IMG/VR virus record: IMGVR_UViG_3300029825_000003 | Location: 9,513-73,512 of that record | Origin: a virus | Reading direction: 5' to 3' (one strand) | Length of the DNA stretch: 64,000 nucleotides | Shown: piece after piece, positions 19,315 through 27,457 of the stretch | Position numbering within the stretch: the stretch's first letter is position 1 | Layout: every line of letters begins with the position of its first letter | Program-made: the position numbers and the translations under genes | Notes under the pieces: model-generated | Databases searched by the model: none | What the model was told of the DNA's origin: nothing | Seen by the model: the letters and a program-made list of their open reading frames with translations, nothing else

Positions 19315-19369
19315 AATTTGTAGATAGGCGCGGTATGCAAGACGCCTACCCAGGTGTTTGAGGTATAAT

Positions 19370-19446
19370 CGCCGTACCGGGGAATTTCACCCCGCAGACC
19401 TCTATGCACAAAGGACGATTTTTTTGTCTGTCTCAGAGATTACGGC
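19370..19446 (-). ncRNA. tRNA-like unit sharing the GCCGTA acceptor with 19244..19314
   Basis: GCCGTA/TACGGC, T-like arm CGGGG-TGAAATT-CCCCG, central CCTTT-GTGCAT-AGAGG stem-loop. Confidence 0.5.
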
Positions 19447-19453
19447 ACGCGGT

Positions 19454-19482
19454 ACACCCCTGTAGGAGGTTAACAGGGGTGT
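19454..19482 (-). ncRNA. Perfect 10-bp hairpin with anti-SD loop UAACCUCCU
   Basis: ACACCCCTGT-N9-ACAGGGGTGT. Confidence 0.6.
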
Positions 19483-19492
19483 TTTATCGTGA

Positions 19493-19587
19493 AGCTGTCT
19501 TCCGGGTTTGAACCTGGAGGGGGGGGATTGTGGGGTAGTCTTTTTTGGGTGAAGAAAGAGACTTATCCAAACCCTTCATAAGACAGC
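19493..19587 (-). ncRNA. tRNA-like unit (acceptor plus T-like arm, enlarged middle)
   Basis: GCTGTCTT/AAGACAGC 8 bp; GG-TTCAAAC-CC T loop just 5' of the 3' acceptor strand. Confidence 0.45.
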
Positions 19588-19594
19588 ATTAAGC

Positions 19595-19753
19595 TCAAAT
19601 TTTAACAGATATCGGCTTGATGCCTTTTTCAATGTGCAGGGATTCAAGCCCCCTTCTCACGATATCCCGTTTTGCTTCTGCTACTGATTTGTACATCACC
19701 GGTACAAGCCTTTCAAGTTCTGTGTTTTGAATATCTGTTAAATCTTTGTCCAT
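19595..19753 (-). CDS. Small RHH/CopG-like regulator (52 aa)
   Basis: Read by hand: MDKDL...YKSVAEAKRDIVRRGLESL. Confidence 0.6.
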   Translation of the reverse strand: MDKDLTDIQNTELERLVPVMYKSVAEAKRDIVRRGLESLHIEKGIKPISVKI

Positions 19754-19759
19754 TTAGAT

Positions 19760-19920
19760 ACTACCTAATCAGTAATAATCTTACTGATTACTACTAAGTA
19801 GGTAATACTATTATAAATACCTTATCTTTTTGTTTGAGTTATACCACTAATAGAATACTATATGGGTGTGGAAAGGATACTTTATACCACTATAAAGGTA
19901 TCATGAAACTTATATATAGA
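19760..19920. promoter_or_regulatory. Divergent control region between two RHH genes
   Basis: AATCAGTAA-N5-TTACTGATT (19767-19789), CTACT-A-AGTAG, ATACCACTA twice, TATA boxes on both strands. Confidence 0.65.
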
Positions 19921-19941
19921 ATCCTCTCTAATTCGGTATCG

Positions 19942-20280
19942 ATGACAGAAGAAGTAGAATCGTCGGGGAACGTAATCAAAACATCAGTTTCTTTACCACC
20001 ATATTTATACGAATGGCTCCAATCCGTAGTGAAATCCAATAAATCTAAATTTCCGTCAAACTCATCGGTTGTAGTAATTGCACTCGCGGAACTCAAAGGC
20101 AAAATAGATTCTAAAGATATGATCACCGCCTCACATAAAAACGAACGTTCTGATTTCGAGATGTTCTTAGATACATACTTCCAAACTGAGGAAGGTATTG
20201 AATATTTGAAAAAATTAATGTCAAAAGAACACAACGATTTGCCAAAAAACGGTTTCAAAAGACGTATATTTTTAGAATAA
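19942..20280 (+). CDS. RHH-family repressor
   Basis: KTSVSLPPYLYEWLQSVV...SNSSVVVIALAEL; TATA at ~19910 supports a leaderless start at 19942. Confidence 0.7.
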   Translation: MTEEVESSGNVIKTSVSLPPYLYEWLQSVVKSNKSKFPSNSSVVVIALAELKGKIDSKDMITASHKNERSDFEMFLDTYFQTEEGIEYLKKLMSKEHNDLPKNGFKRRIFLE

Positions 20281-20413
20281 TCCTATTTATATTCAATATC
20301 TAATATATGTAGTCGTTTTTGAGAGTATACCGAAAACAGCATATACATTGATACTGCATTTTTATTTTTGGTGATTTCTATAAAAACGGCTATTCTTAAA
20401 TATGGTATAAAAA

Positions 20414-20689
20414 ATGCATGGTATTGTAATAGATCCTATTCATGACACTAGGTTTGTCGTCAATGTACTCATAATAGCAGATGAATACGAACGCGACGAC
20501 AAACTGTATGATGTTATGATAACGGACGTGGTAACAGAAGATCAATTTATACAAGATATTAAAAAACGGGTCAATTGCCTGGATAAACCCCCATCTGAAA
20601 TCAGGGAGTTTCTACGAAACGAAATGAGAATATCAGCGTCATACGCGGATGAACTCATGGGACGCATTGTGAAAGTAGAATCACTGTAA
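20414..20689 (+). CDS. Hypothetical protein
   Basis: ORF track. Confidence 0.7.
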   Translation: MHGIVIDPIHDTRFVVNVLIIADEYERDDKLYDVMITDVVTEDQFIQDIKKRVNCLDKPPSEIREFLRNEMRISASYADELMGRIVKVESL

Positions 20690-20693
20690 TTCA

Positions 20694-20750
20694 GTGCCCG
20701 CCGAGAAGAGGCCTCAGTCCTGGTAAGATAGAAATCTTCTCAACGAGCAC
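20694..20750 (-). ncRNA. Candidate small RNA, 16-bp stem with 25-nt loop
   Basis: Stem is continuous only on minus strand (three G-U); palindromic TATA element at ~20770-20789. Confidence 0.45.
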
Positions 20751-20851
20751 ATGTAGTACATCATACTAATATATAATTGTAATTATATAAGTGTTAATCA
20801 TTATACAAGTTTCAATTTCTTTTGAAATAACTCTTTCATCAATCCCATTAA

Positions 20852-21448
20852 TCACGTTTTCACTTTCGATTGCGTTCTATTTTTTCTCGAATATGCCTTT
20901 CTGCATTTATCTGAACATGTCTCTTTTCGCGGGTTCGCAGTTTCAAACAGTTCCCCACAATATTTACACGTTTTTTTAATCAATTCTGACAAATTACCCC
21001 GTATTACCTCTGTATTACTTGGTATTACGCTCGCAGGAGACTCAATCTGCTTGTATTCCATACTTTTAAAATAATACGTAAAAATACGGAGATCTTCGAT
21101 TTCTCTGTTCAAATCAGCTATTCGCCTGTCTTTTTCCTCAAGTAATTCGCGTATTATGCGAGTCTGAGCGCGTAATTCATAGAGTTCTGGGGAGTCCCGT
21201 ATTTCGTTTGTCTTACTTGAAATATTCTGTAAGTCACGCGTAAGACGTTGTATTTCTTTGTCTTTCTCTTGTATTACCGATTCAAAAAAAGAAGTCGATT
21301 GATATGTATTACTTAGTATTATTTCCAAGCTTTGTGTAATACAGTCAGTTTTATCATCGAATTTTTTAAGTTTTACAGCTTCTAAGAGTTTATTATGTAA
21401 GAGGGTTGGGATCTTAGCTGATATTGACGTTTTTGGTTCTTCCTGCAT
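20852..21448 (-). CDS. RHH + coiled coil + C-terminal zinc finger protein
   Basis: TSISAKIPTLLHNKL; CKYCG...TCSDKCR; operator GTATTACA-C-TGTAATAC (21455-21471) just upstream of ATG. Confidence 0.7.
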   Translation of the reverse strand: MQEEPKTSISAKIPTLLHNKLLEAVKLKKFDDKTDCITQSLEIILSNTYQSTSFFESVIQEKDKEIQRLTRDLQNISSKTNEIRDSPELYELRAQTRIIRELLEEKDRRIADLNREIEDLRIFTYYFKSMEYKQIESPASVIPSNTEVIRGNLSELIKKTCKYCGELFETANPRKETCSDKCRKAYSRKNRTQSKVKT

Positions 21449-21518
21449 GATAGCGTATTACACTGTAATACTTAAGAAAGTTACGAAATTGTTAAAAAAT
21501 GATTAAAAAATAGTGATT

Positions 21519-21839
21519 TTAATTATTTAAAGAATATATTTTTCTATCTGAATCCCACTGACATAAAGCAAACCGCCCGTCAACTACTTTATTGTACCAT
21601 ATTTTAAACGTGAAATCCTCAAATCTTACTACATACGCTTTTTCTTTTAATTCTTTCGAGAGCCATATTTGAGTTTCCTCTCGAATTCTCTGCACAGCTT
21701 TATCTATATTTTCCACTAAAACTGCATTAACCCATGTAGGGGCTGCGTATGATAAGTCAGTACAATACTTTGAGTATGAAATTGTATGCAGGTCTTCGTT
21801 TTTGATATAAGTTAGTTCTCCAAGACACGCGACTAACAT
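21519..21839 (-). CDS. Hypothetical protein
   Basis: ORF track; start refined after GGAGG. Confidence 0.7.
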   Translation of the reverse strand: MLVACLGELTYIKNEDLHTISYSKYCTDLSYAAPTWVNAVLVENIDKAVQRIREETQIWLSKELKEKAYVVRFEDFTFKIWYNKVVDGRFALCQWDSDRKIYSLNN

Positions 21840-22021
21840 TATTCCTCCTTCTTGCACTCTTTTAACTTTTTTTGTAATAACTCTATTTCTACGCCTCTTC
21901 TTTTATATCCTTCTATTATCTGTCGCAAAATTGCATCATCCGAAGGAGATCCAAATTCAATACCGATTTCTCTTATTTCGTTTAAAGTCCATTCACCGAT
22001 TCGTATAGGTTTTGTTTCCAT
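21839..22021 (-). CDS. Small RHH-like regulator, paralog of 54280..54531
   Basis: KPIRIGEWTLNEIREIGIEFGSPSDDAILRQII versus KQIRINEYTVEDLRRRGEQFGNPADDVIIRLIL. Confidence 0.7.
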   Translation of the reverse strand: METKPIRIGEWTLNEIREIGIEFGSPSDDAILRQIIEGYKRRGVEIELLQKKLKECKKEE

Positions 22022-22044
22022 ACTCCTTAAAGTGTAAAAAGGGG

Positions 22045-22127
22045 TATATATAACTACTTATTGTAGTAAAATATGCTACAAATTGTAGTAAACTATAAAT
22101 ACTTTCAAACCTATTACTTATTGCAGG
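22045..22127. promoter_or_regulatory. Back-to-back promoters with tandem palindromic operators
   Basis: ACTACTTATTGTAGT 22053-22067, GCTACAAATTGTAGT 22075-22089, third degenerate site ~22113; TATA boxes 22045 and 22094. Confidence 0.7.
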
Positions 22128-22178
22128 ACATAGAACAATGTCCTGACTTCTAATAATCAACTCTAAAGAGGCCAATCA

Positions 22179-22499
22179 ATGAGTGTTTATAACCAAACCA
22201 AAGCGATCCAGAAAAGAAGCCAGTACGCAAGGTATGGCAGAGATAACAACGTTCTCCTCTTCGAAGAATGGCTCCCAGGAAGAATCGAAGGTATGAAGAG
22301 AAACGGTTTTGACATCAGATCAAAGACCATCAATGGAACTGTTATGGTAGGACTCCAAAAAGGCTGTGAAAAACCTGTTATCATCACTGAGACACAGTTC
22401 AAGGATGAACTGTATAATCAGTATAAGGAGGAATATCTTTCAAGGTTTGGGTTGAACTGTTCAATTCCGTTTGAGGAAAACTCGGGGATTATCGCATGA
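22179..22499 (+). CDS. Hypothetical protein
   Basis: ORF track; GAGG SD. Confidence 0.7.
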   Translation: MSVYNQTKAIQKRSQYARYGRDNNVLLFEEWLPGRIEGMKRNGFDIRSKTINGTVMVGLQKGCEKPVIITETQFKDELYNQYKEEYLSRFGLNCSIPFEENSGIIA

Positions 22500-22621
22500 A
22501 CCCCTATTATATCCTCACAACCGGGTCATCCGTGTATACTCGGCGAACAGAAACCGAGGTCCAGAAACTCATCGCTCTTTTTGAGAGGTGTGGGATGACC
22601 TACACAAAGGAGGTCTTTTAA

Positions 22622-22768
22622 ATGCCCCCTGAAGTATGCGGGAACTGTGAATTTTGGATTCGCGTAAACGTTCCCGAACAATTAATGGGAACCTGTTCAA
22701 AATATGAACGCAGGAAACACCGAGACGGTGTCTGTATAAATAAAAGAGCTGCAAAAAATGAATATTGA
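22622..22768 (+). CDS. Small Cys-rich protein (CGNCEFW...GTC...C)
   Basis: Read by hand; TAAATG coupling. Confidence 0.65.
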   Translation: MPPEVCGNCEFWIRVNVPEQLMGTCSKYERRKHRDGVCINKRAAKNEY

Positions 22769-22940
22769 GGGTCTGGATGGGGGACGAATACGCTTATCAA
22801 GTGTATTGGGTGGATATGTGGGGGAAAGCACATTATTCAGATATAATATACTCTGAATTAGAGGCTGACAAATTCGCAGATGAGAGGATGTATGCGGGGG
22901 CAATGCATTATGATCCTCCAAGGGTAATTGTTTTGGAGTT

Positions 22941-23369
22941 ATGAAAATGACTGAAGAAACGCAAATACCGGAATGTTGTAAAAAGTATGATGAAGTAACA
23001 GGATTAATAACTGAGTTTGAAGACGAACTTTCAAGTTTAAACGAAGAAAAAATACAGGCAGTCGACACTATAACGGAATATCTTCAAATTATAAAAAATG
23101 CAGATGATCTGAATATCCAGATAGAATTCTTTAAAACTCGAATTATAGAACTTGATAAAGAATTGATGAGTATTCATTCGAGAATGAATGATAAACAACA
23201 TGAGTTGCAGACATTATATGAAAATCAGACAAAGATATTGAAAGAAGTTTATTATACAGGTTATGTAAAAATATTAAGTAATTGGATTACCGGAACTGAG
23301 CAAAAATGGATTACGAAAGAAGAATATACGAAGTACGAAAAATCCATATTTGTTCAAAGGTTAGTATGA
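22941..23369 (+). CDS. Coiled-coil protein
   Basis: ORF track; heptad-rich. Confidence 0.7.
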   Translation: MKMTEETQIPECCKKYDEVTGLITEFEDELSSLNEEKIQAVDTITEYLQIIKNADDLNIQIEFFKTRIIELDKELMSIHSRMNDKQHELQTLYENQTKILKEVYYTGYVKILSNWITGTEQKWITKEEYTKYEKSIFVQRLV

Positions 23370-23435
23370 AAAGAACTAAGTTTCCTATTAAATTATCAAT
23401 CTTAAATCTCTATTAACAGTATCCTAATAAATCAA

Positions 23436-23465
23436 GTCCGGCTATCAGTGGGGGAATAGTCGGAC
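23436..23465 (+). terminator. 10-bp hairpin in convergent intergenic region
   Basis: GTCCGGCTAT-N10-ATAGTCGGAC, G-U pair on plus strand, followed by T-rich tract. Confidence 0.4.
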
Positions 23466-23629
23466 ATTTCATCTGTTTTTCAGTAAAATATCAATCGCCT
23501 GAGTAAAAACCTATTCCATTTTGATATTTCCCTCGGCTCGATAATAAGCTTCATGGATTTTCAAAATTTCAACAGGCGTTTTATATCGACTTGCCGGAAG
23601 AAGATGCCGTTTTTCAATATCAATAAACC

Positions 23630-23980
23630 TTATTTCCCTTCCTCCTTCTTAGGGACAGTCTTAATTAATCTATTATTCCACGCAATACAATCATGTATCA
23701 TCTCTTTTGCCTTTTCCTCGTCAATCGTTCCGTCTTCACCAGGAGCTAACATCCTGAGATAATCAACGAGTTCGTCATCCATATTTAACTTCGTAAGCGC
23801 GTTCCCGTTCTGTTTTTTGACTGCGTGTATAATTTCTGAGGGGACTATCAATTTGGATAGCCAAATGTCAATATATCCCTTTTTCAAGAGATATCCTACA
23901 AATCCACTAATAGCAACCCCTACAAAAGCCCCACATTTCTCAAGAATTGCTATCGTGGCGTCATCAATTATAATAGACAT
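23630..23980 (-). CDS. Holin-like single-TM membrane protein
   Basis: GAFVGVAISGFVGYLLKKG TM; last gene of cassette following depolymerase. Confidence 0.55.
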   Translation of the reverse strand: MSIIIDDATIAILEKCGAFVGVAISGFVGYLLKKGYIDIWLSKLIVPSEIIHAVKKQNGNALTKLNMDDELVDYLRMLAPGEDGTIDEEKAKEMIHDCIAWNNRLIKTVPKKEEGK

Positions 23981-24055
23981 CTGTCCCTCATGCGACAGAC
24001 TGTCTTAAATACTGTCTCAACCTGGCCAATTTCAGTTTTAGAAATTCCACAATCA

Positions 24056-24370
24056 TTAATAATTCTCCTCGATCAAGTTTTTCAGGTCAGTAAAAACAGG
24101 ATTACTCAAGATCTCTTTCCCGTCTGCAATCAGTTTCTGGGCTTCCTCGTTTGAGATGTCCCCGTCGCTTGCAGCAAGTTCAAGGGAATTTAGTAGGCTA
24201 CCAAGATTTGAAAGGAGTCCGAGAATAAGCCCGCTCTCTTCTACAAACAATTTTATAGAGTTTTCAGCAAGTCGAAGCTGTGGGGAAAGTTGTTTTAGTT
24301 TCAGAGCAAGTACAGCGGAGGCCGTTGCGAAAAGTACAGTTAAAAGTCCTATAAAAGGTTGCGCGTCCAT
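24056..24370 (-). CDS. Holin-like membrane protein (N-terminal TM)
   Basis: FIGLLTVLFATASAVLALKLK; C-terminal AASDGDISNEEAQKLI pattern typical of small phage holin-like proteins. Confidence 0.55.
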   Translation of the reverse strand: MDAQPFIGLLTVLFATASAVLALKLKQLSPQLRLAENSIKLFVEESGLILGLLSNLGSLLNSLELAASDGDISNEEAQKLIADGKEILSNPVFTDLKNLIEENY

Positions 24371-24446
24371 ATATACACCTCATAAAAAAAATATGATATT
24401 GTTAATAAAAAAGGAAAATTGATTAGAGTCTCTTGACCAATATTTT

Positions 24447-24989
24447 TCAAACCTTCAAATAGATTTCCATTACTCTTCCCCCAATATGGGCTTTGAGGTC
24501 TTCTGAGAGGTTCATTGCGTCCTGTTCAGAGGTACAAATAATTTGAATACGTGCAGGAGTTCCAACAGGCATCTCTTCTTCTACAGGAGGTTTACCTGGG
24601 TCTACGACAGGATCTGTGACAACGTCTTCATACGAATAAGTGTAAGTACACAATTTCATCAGTGCTTTTGCAGTTCCTGACGTTTTAAGCCGCCATCGAA
24701 GAACCACATCCTTTCCGGCACCCACAAAAATATCAACAGCTTTACTTTTCTGCTGATAACTCGTTTTCCCTTCTTCCCATGTTGCAAGAGGTTCGGCTTT
24801 CCCGTCAAGAGTTATCCAAGCGGTAGCAGTTACCCCGAAGGCAGCCGCCAAAGAGCAACCTATGGAAGAAATTCTTATTTTCTTGCCTTCTTGCCCTCGA
24901 ATGGTTACGGTTTTTTGTATGCAGCCCGTCTTTGCACAGTCTTTGTATAGTGTTGTGTACACATTTCTAACATCAGTTACTATGGTCAT
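24447..24989 (-). CDS. Jelly-roll (carbohydrate-binding-like) protein homologous to two repeats in the Dit protein
   Basis: KKIRISSIGCSLAAAFGVTATAW aligns with HIWRIDRVFCQLRTAQTGQTAW and KKYRLDQFACLLATA in 29277..34100. Confidence 0.65.
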   Translation of the reverse strand: MTIVTDVRNVYTTLYKDCAKTGCIQKTVTIRGQEGKKIRISSIGCSLAAAFGVTATAWITLDGKAEPLATWEEGKTSYQQKSKAVDIFVGAGKDVVLRWRLKTSGTAKALMKLCTYTYSYEDVVTDPVVDPGKPPVEEEMPVGTPARIQIICTSEQDAMNLSEDLKAHIGGRVMEIYLKV

Positions 24990-26224
24990 TATGCACGCCT
25001 CAATATTGTTCTTCTAGGATACTTTTCCTTGATAGTCTTAAGCTCATTTTCCGAACAATCAAACATCAAAAAAGCCGGATTTTCAATTACTGGCTCAGGT
25101 TTTTCAACAACATTATAAAGATCTCTGACATTTCCAGAATATGAATTCCCCTGAGCTATAACTTTTGTATATTTTTGTGGTTTCAAATTACACAATGCAG
25201 TACCGGAAGCAGTGCCTACCGTATTACTTCTTTTAGTCCCATTGAAAATATTATTTTTCACAACTGCTGAATATCCTGAACCGGAAGCAGACACCGAAAC
25301 GTATTCCCCAAACAAAACACCATACCCGAGACATCGACTAAATGTGTTTTGTTCGACCACTACATCATCCCAGCCCTCACATGTTATTCCGCCTACACCA
25401 GGGATATGATGATAATCTGAATCCATATTTCCACAGTTCGAAAATAGATTATTTCTAACTGTCAACCCCGACGCTGCCGATACGGATTTGTTAGACGTCC
25501 CGATAATCCAGATCCCCGGCCCCCATGTGTCATGCACGTCATTATTTTCTATTATAATATTTCTAGAGGACATTCCAGATGTACTATTTTCTACCTGCAT
25601 CCCAGGACTCGATGCCCGCCCTCCATTTTTGTTGATAATATAGTTCCCATGCACATGTCCGCCGTCAACGTGTCGGAGCCTGCATCCTGAATTTGTCCGG
25701 AGTTCCACGTAATTATCAAAGACGTCGATGTTTTGGCCTTTATCGATGTATACCGCATCATGCCCACACCGAACGATTTTATTTTTATAATAGTTAACAT
25801 TTTTTACATTTGTCAGGCGTGCGCCGTCCCCCATACTGTCATGGATATGACAATCATGTATTGAGATGCCGGATGCTCCTGAGAGTCCTATGAAATTGTG
25901 AAATCCTTTTCCGAGAATTGTAGTTTGATTATTTGAATTTCCATCAAATGTCAATCCTGAAAACTCAAACCCCGTTCCTCCATAGACTTTAGAACCGATA
26001 ACGGGAGTCATCGAGGGAAAAATGGAAGTAGAAATGTGATCTTTTAGCCGGAAGACTGTATTATTTCCGGAGAGTTTCACACCAGGGAAGAATTTAACAG
26101 GGGATGCAATTTCAATATCATTTGTGGAAAAAATAAATTCAGTAGGCGTGTTGCCTGCGGTATTAATGAGATTTTGTAATTTTTGTGAGGAATCAATAGA
26201 AGAACCTACAGAGACGGTTTTCAT
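24989..26224 (-). CDS. Right-handed beta-helix glycosidase, disaggregatase-like (putative lysin)
   Basis: FDGN...GKGFHN, IHDSMGDG, CGHD, LRTNSG, HDTWGPGIW, VGGI match my recollection of Methanosarcina disaggregatase-family catalytic domains; no signal peptide. Confidence 0.75.
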   Translation of the reverse strand: MKTVSVGSSIDSSQKLQNLINTAGNTPTEFIFSTNDIEIASPVKFFPGVKLSGNNTVFRLKDHISTSIFPSMTPVIGSKVYGGTGFEFSGLTFDGNSNNQTTILGKGFHNFIGLSGASGISIHDCHIHDSMGDGARLTNVKNVNYYKNKIVRCGHDAVYIDKGQNIDVFDNYVELRTNSGCRLRHVDGGHVHGNYIINKNGGRASSPGMQVENSTSGMSSRNIIIENNDVHDTWGPGIWIIGTSNKSVSAASGLTVRNNLFSNCGNMDSDYHHIPGVGGITCEGWDDVVVEQNTFSRCLGYGVLFGEYVSVSASGSGYSAVVKNNIFNGTKRSNTVGTASGTALCNLKPQKYTKVIAQGNSYSGNVRDLYNVVEKPEPVIENPAFLMFDCSENELKTIKEKYPRRTILRRA

Positions 26225-26355
26225 ATTAAGAAGTAACACGAATGAGTATAAAAGAGAAAATTAAATTATTTAGTATAGTTTATAAAAATAATAAGAGAGT
26301 TAAATAGTTAAAGGTTGGTCATTGTTAAATACTGTAATGTACTATAATAGTACAT

Positions 26356-26508
26356 ATGAGTACAAAAAATATTATCCAAGTCGATTGTGGAGAATGTAAT
26401 ATACAATCACTTGGAAGGATTTCGATAAAGAAATATATGAAAAGGCATGGATTGAAAGATGGTGATACTGTAAAGGTGATACTTGAAGTTAAGGAAAGTG
26501 AAAAATAA
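26356..26508 (+). CDS. AbrB/MazE-like regulator (50 aa)
   Basis: GRISIKKYMKRHGLKDGDTVKVILE; operator TGTACTAT-A-ATAGTACA at 26338-26354 directly before a leaderless ATG. Confidence 0.7.
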   Translation: MSTKNIIQVDCGECNIQSLGRISIKKYMKRHGLKDGDTVKVILEVKESEK

Positions 26509-26900
26509 TGGAAGAAAACGAAGTCGCTATAGCTTTTCCATTAGATGATTACCATGTAGAAAAAATAAATAAACTCTGGAAAGCAAATAAAATTAACTAC
26601 GCTGATTTCAAATTCATTCCTATTCAGTACAATTCTATCATGGGTGAATATCTAAATGAATATGATATCCAACTTGAAACTAATGTGCCTCATATAGTCC
26701 TTGTTATACGACTGTATGATAATGTAAATCATGATAAAATTCAAAAATGGTTTGAATCTGAAGGTTTCAAGATAGTAGGGATCAGTGAGACAATTACATG
26801 CGCTGAATGGCACAATGGGATTAAATTTGAACAAGTTTATGCAACTGAAACTACAAAATATAAACATACAAACACTATCAAAAGAAGAGACATACAATGA
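26508..26900 (+). CDS. Hypothetical protein
   Basis: ORF track; TAATG coupling. Confidence 0.7.
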   Translation: MEENEVAIAFPLDDYHVEKINKLWKANKINYADFKFIPIQYNSIMGEYLNEYDIQLETNVPHIVLVIRLYDNVNHDKIQKWFESEGFKIVGISETITCAEWHNGIKFEQVYATETTKYKHTNTIKRRDIQ

Positions 26901-27271
26901 AATGCGAATCATGCCAAACCGAATTTACCGGAGAAGCCTGTCCAAATTGTGGACTCAAACCGCATAAACAACGCTGTAAAAGCTGTTCTAAAAAGTTTTA
27001 CTCTAGTTATCTAAAAGGAGGCTTCTGTCCTGATTGTTTTGGAATGTTAAAAGACGTCCCATATAAAAGCCCTCTTCTTGCGTTTGTGTTTTCAATTATA
27101 CCCGGAGCTGGTCATGTTTATTTAGGAATGAAAGAACGAGGGGCAGGTTGTTTTCTGCTGTTTTGTATTTCATTCTTGACCTTGATAGGATGGATTTTTA
27201 TAATTTTGTTTTCTGGAATTGATGCTTATATTTTAGCAAATCAAATGAATAGGTTGGATGGATATGAATGA
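26897..27271 (+). CDS. TM2-domain membrane protein with N-terminal zinc ribbons
   Basis: YKSPLLAFVFSIIPGAGHVYLG; CESC...CPNC, CKSC...CPDC. Confidence 0.8.
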   Translation: MKCESCQTEFTGEACPNCGLKPHKQRCKSCSKKFYSSYLKGGFCPDCFGMLKDVPYKSPLLAFVFSIIPGAGHVYLGMKERGAGCFLLFCISFLTLIGWIFIILFSGIDAYILANQMNRLDGYE

Positions 27272-27446
27272 AGATAATAAAAGAAATGCAATTGTACTAG
27301 ATATCAAACCAAAGAACTCTAAGTTTTTGGATGCCCTGTTACAAGTGGATGGGTGCGATAACCCTCTTTGGATTGAAGTGATTCCAACTGTTAAAGTTGG
27401 AGATTCCGTTTTTGTAAGCGAGTATTCAGTTAAAAAAATCAATTAA
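27258..27446 (+). CDS. Small OB-fold-like hypothetical protein
   Basis: ORF track; TVKVGDSVFV. Confidence 0.5.
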   Translation: MDMNEDNKRNAIVLDIKPKNSKFLDALLQVDGCDNPLWIEVIPTVKVGDSVFVSEYSVKKIN

Positions 27447-27457
27447 CGAGAAGAGAT

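Noticed and set aside
18765-19361. 198-aa plus-strand ORF and 65-aa minus-strand ORF 19076..19273
   Set aside because: They overlap the tRNA/ncRNA array and a real minus-strand gene; their openness is explained by GC-rich structured RNA.
23470-23625. Possible decayed ORF or TAG-readthrough ORF downstream of the holin-like genes
   Set aside because: Two frames look equally plausible, with no clear start or motif.
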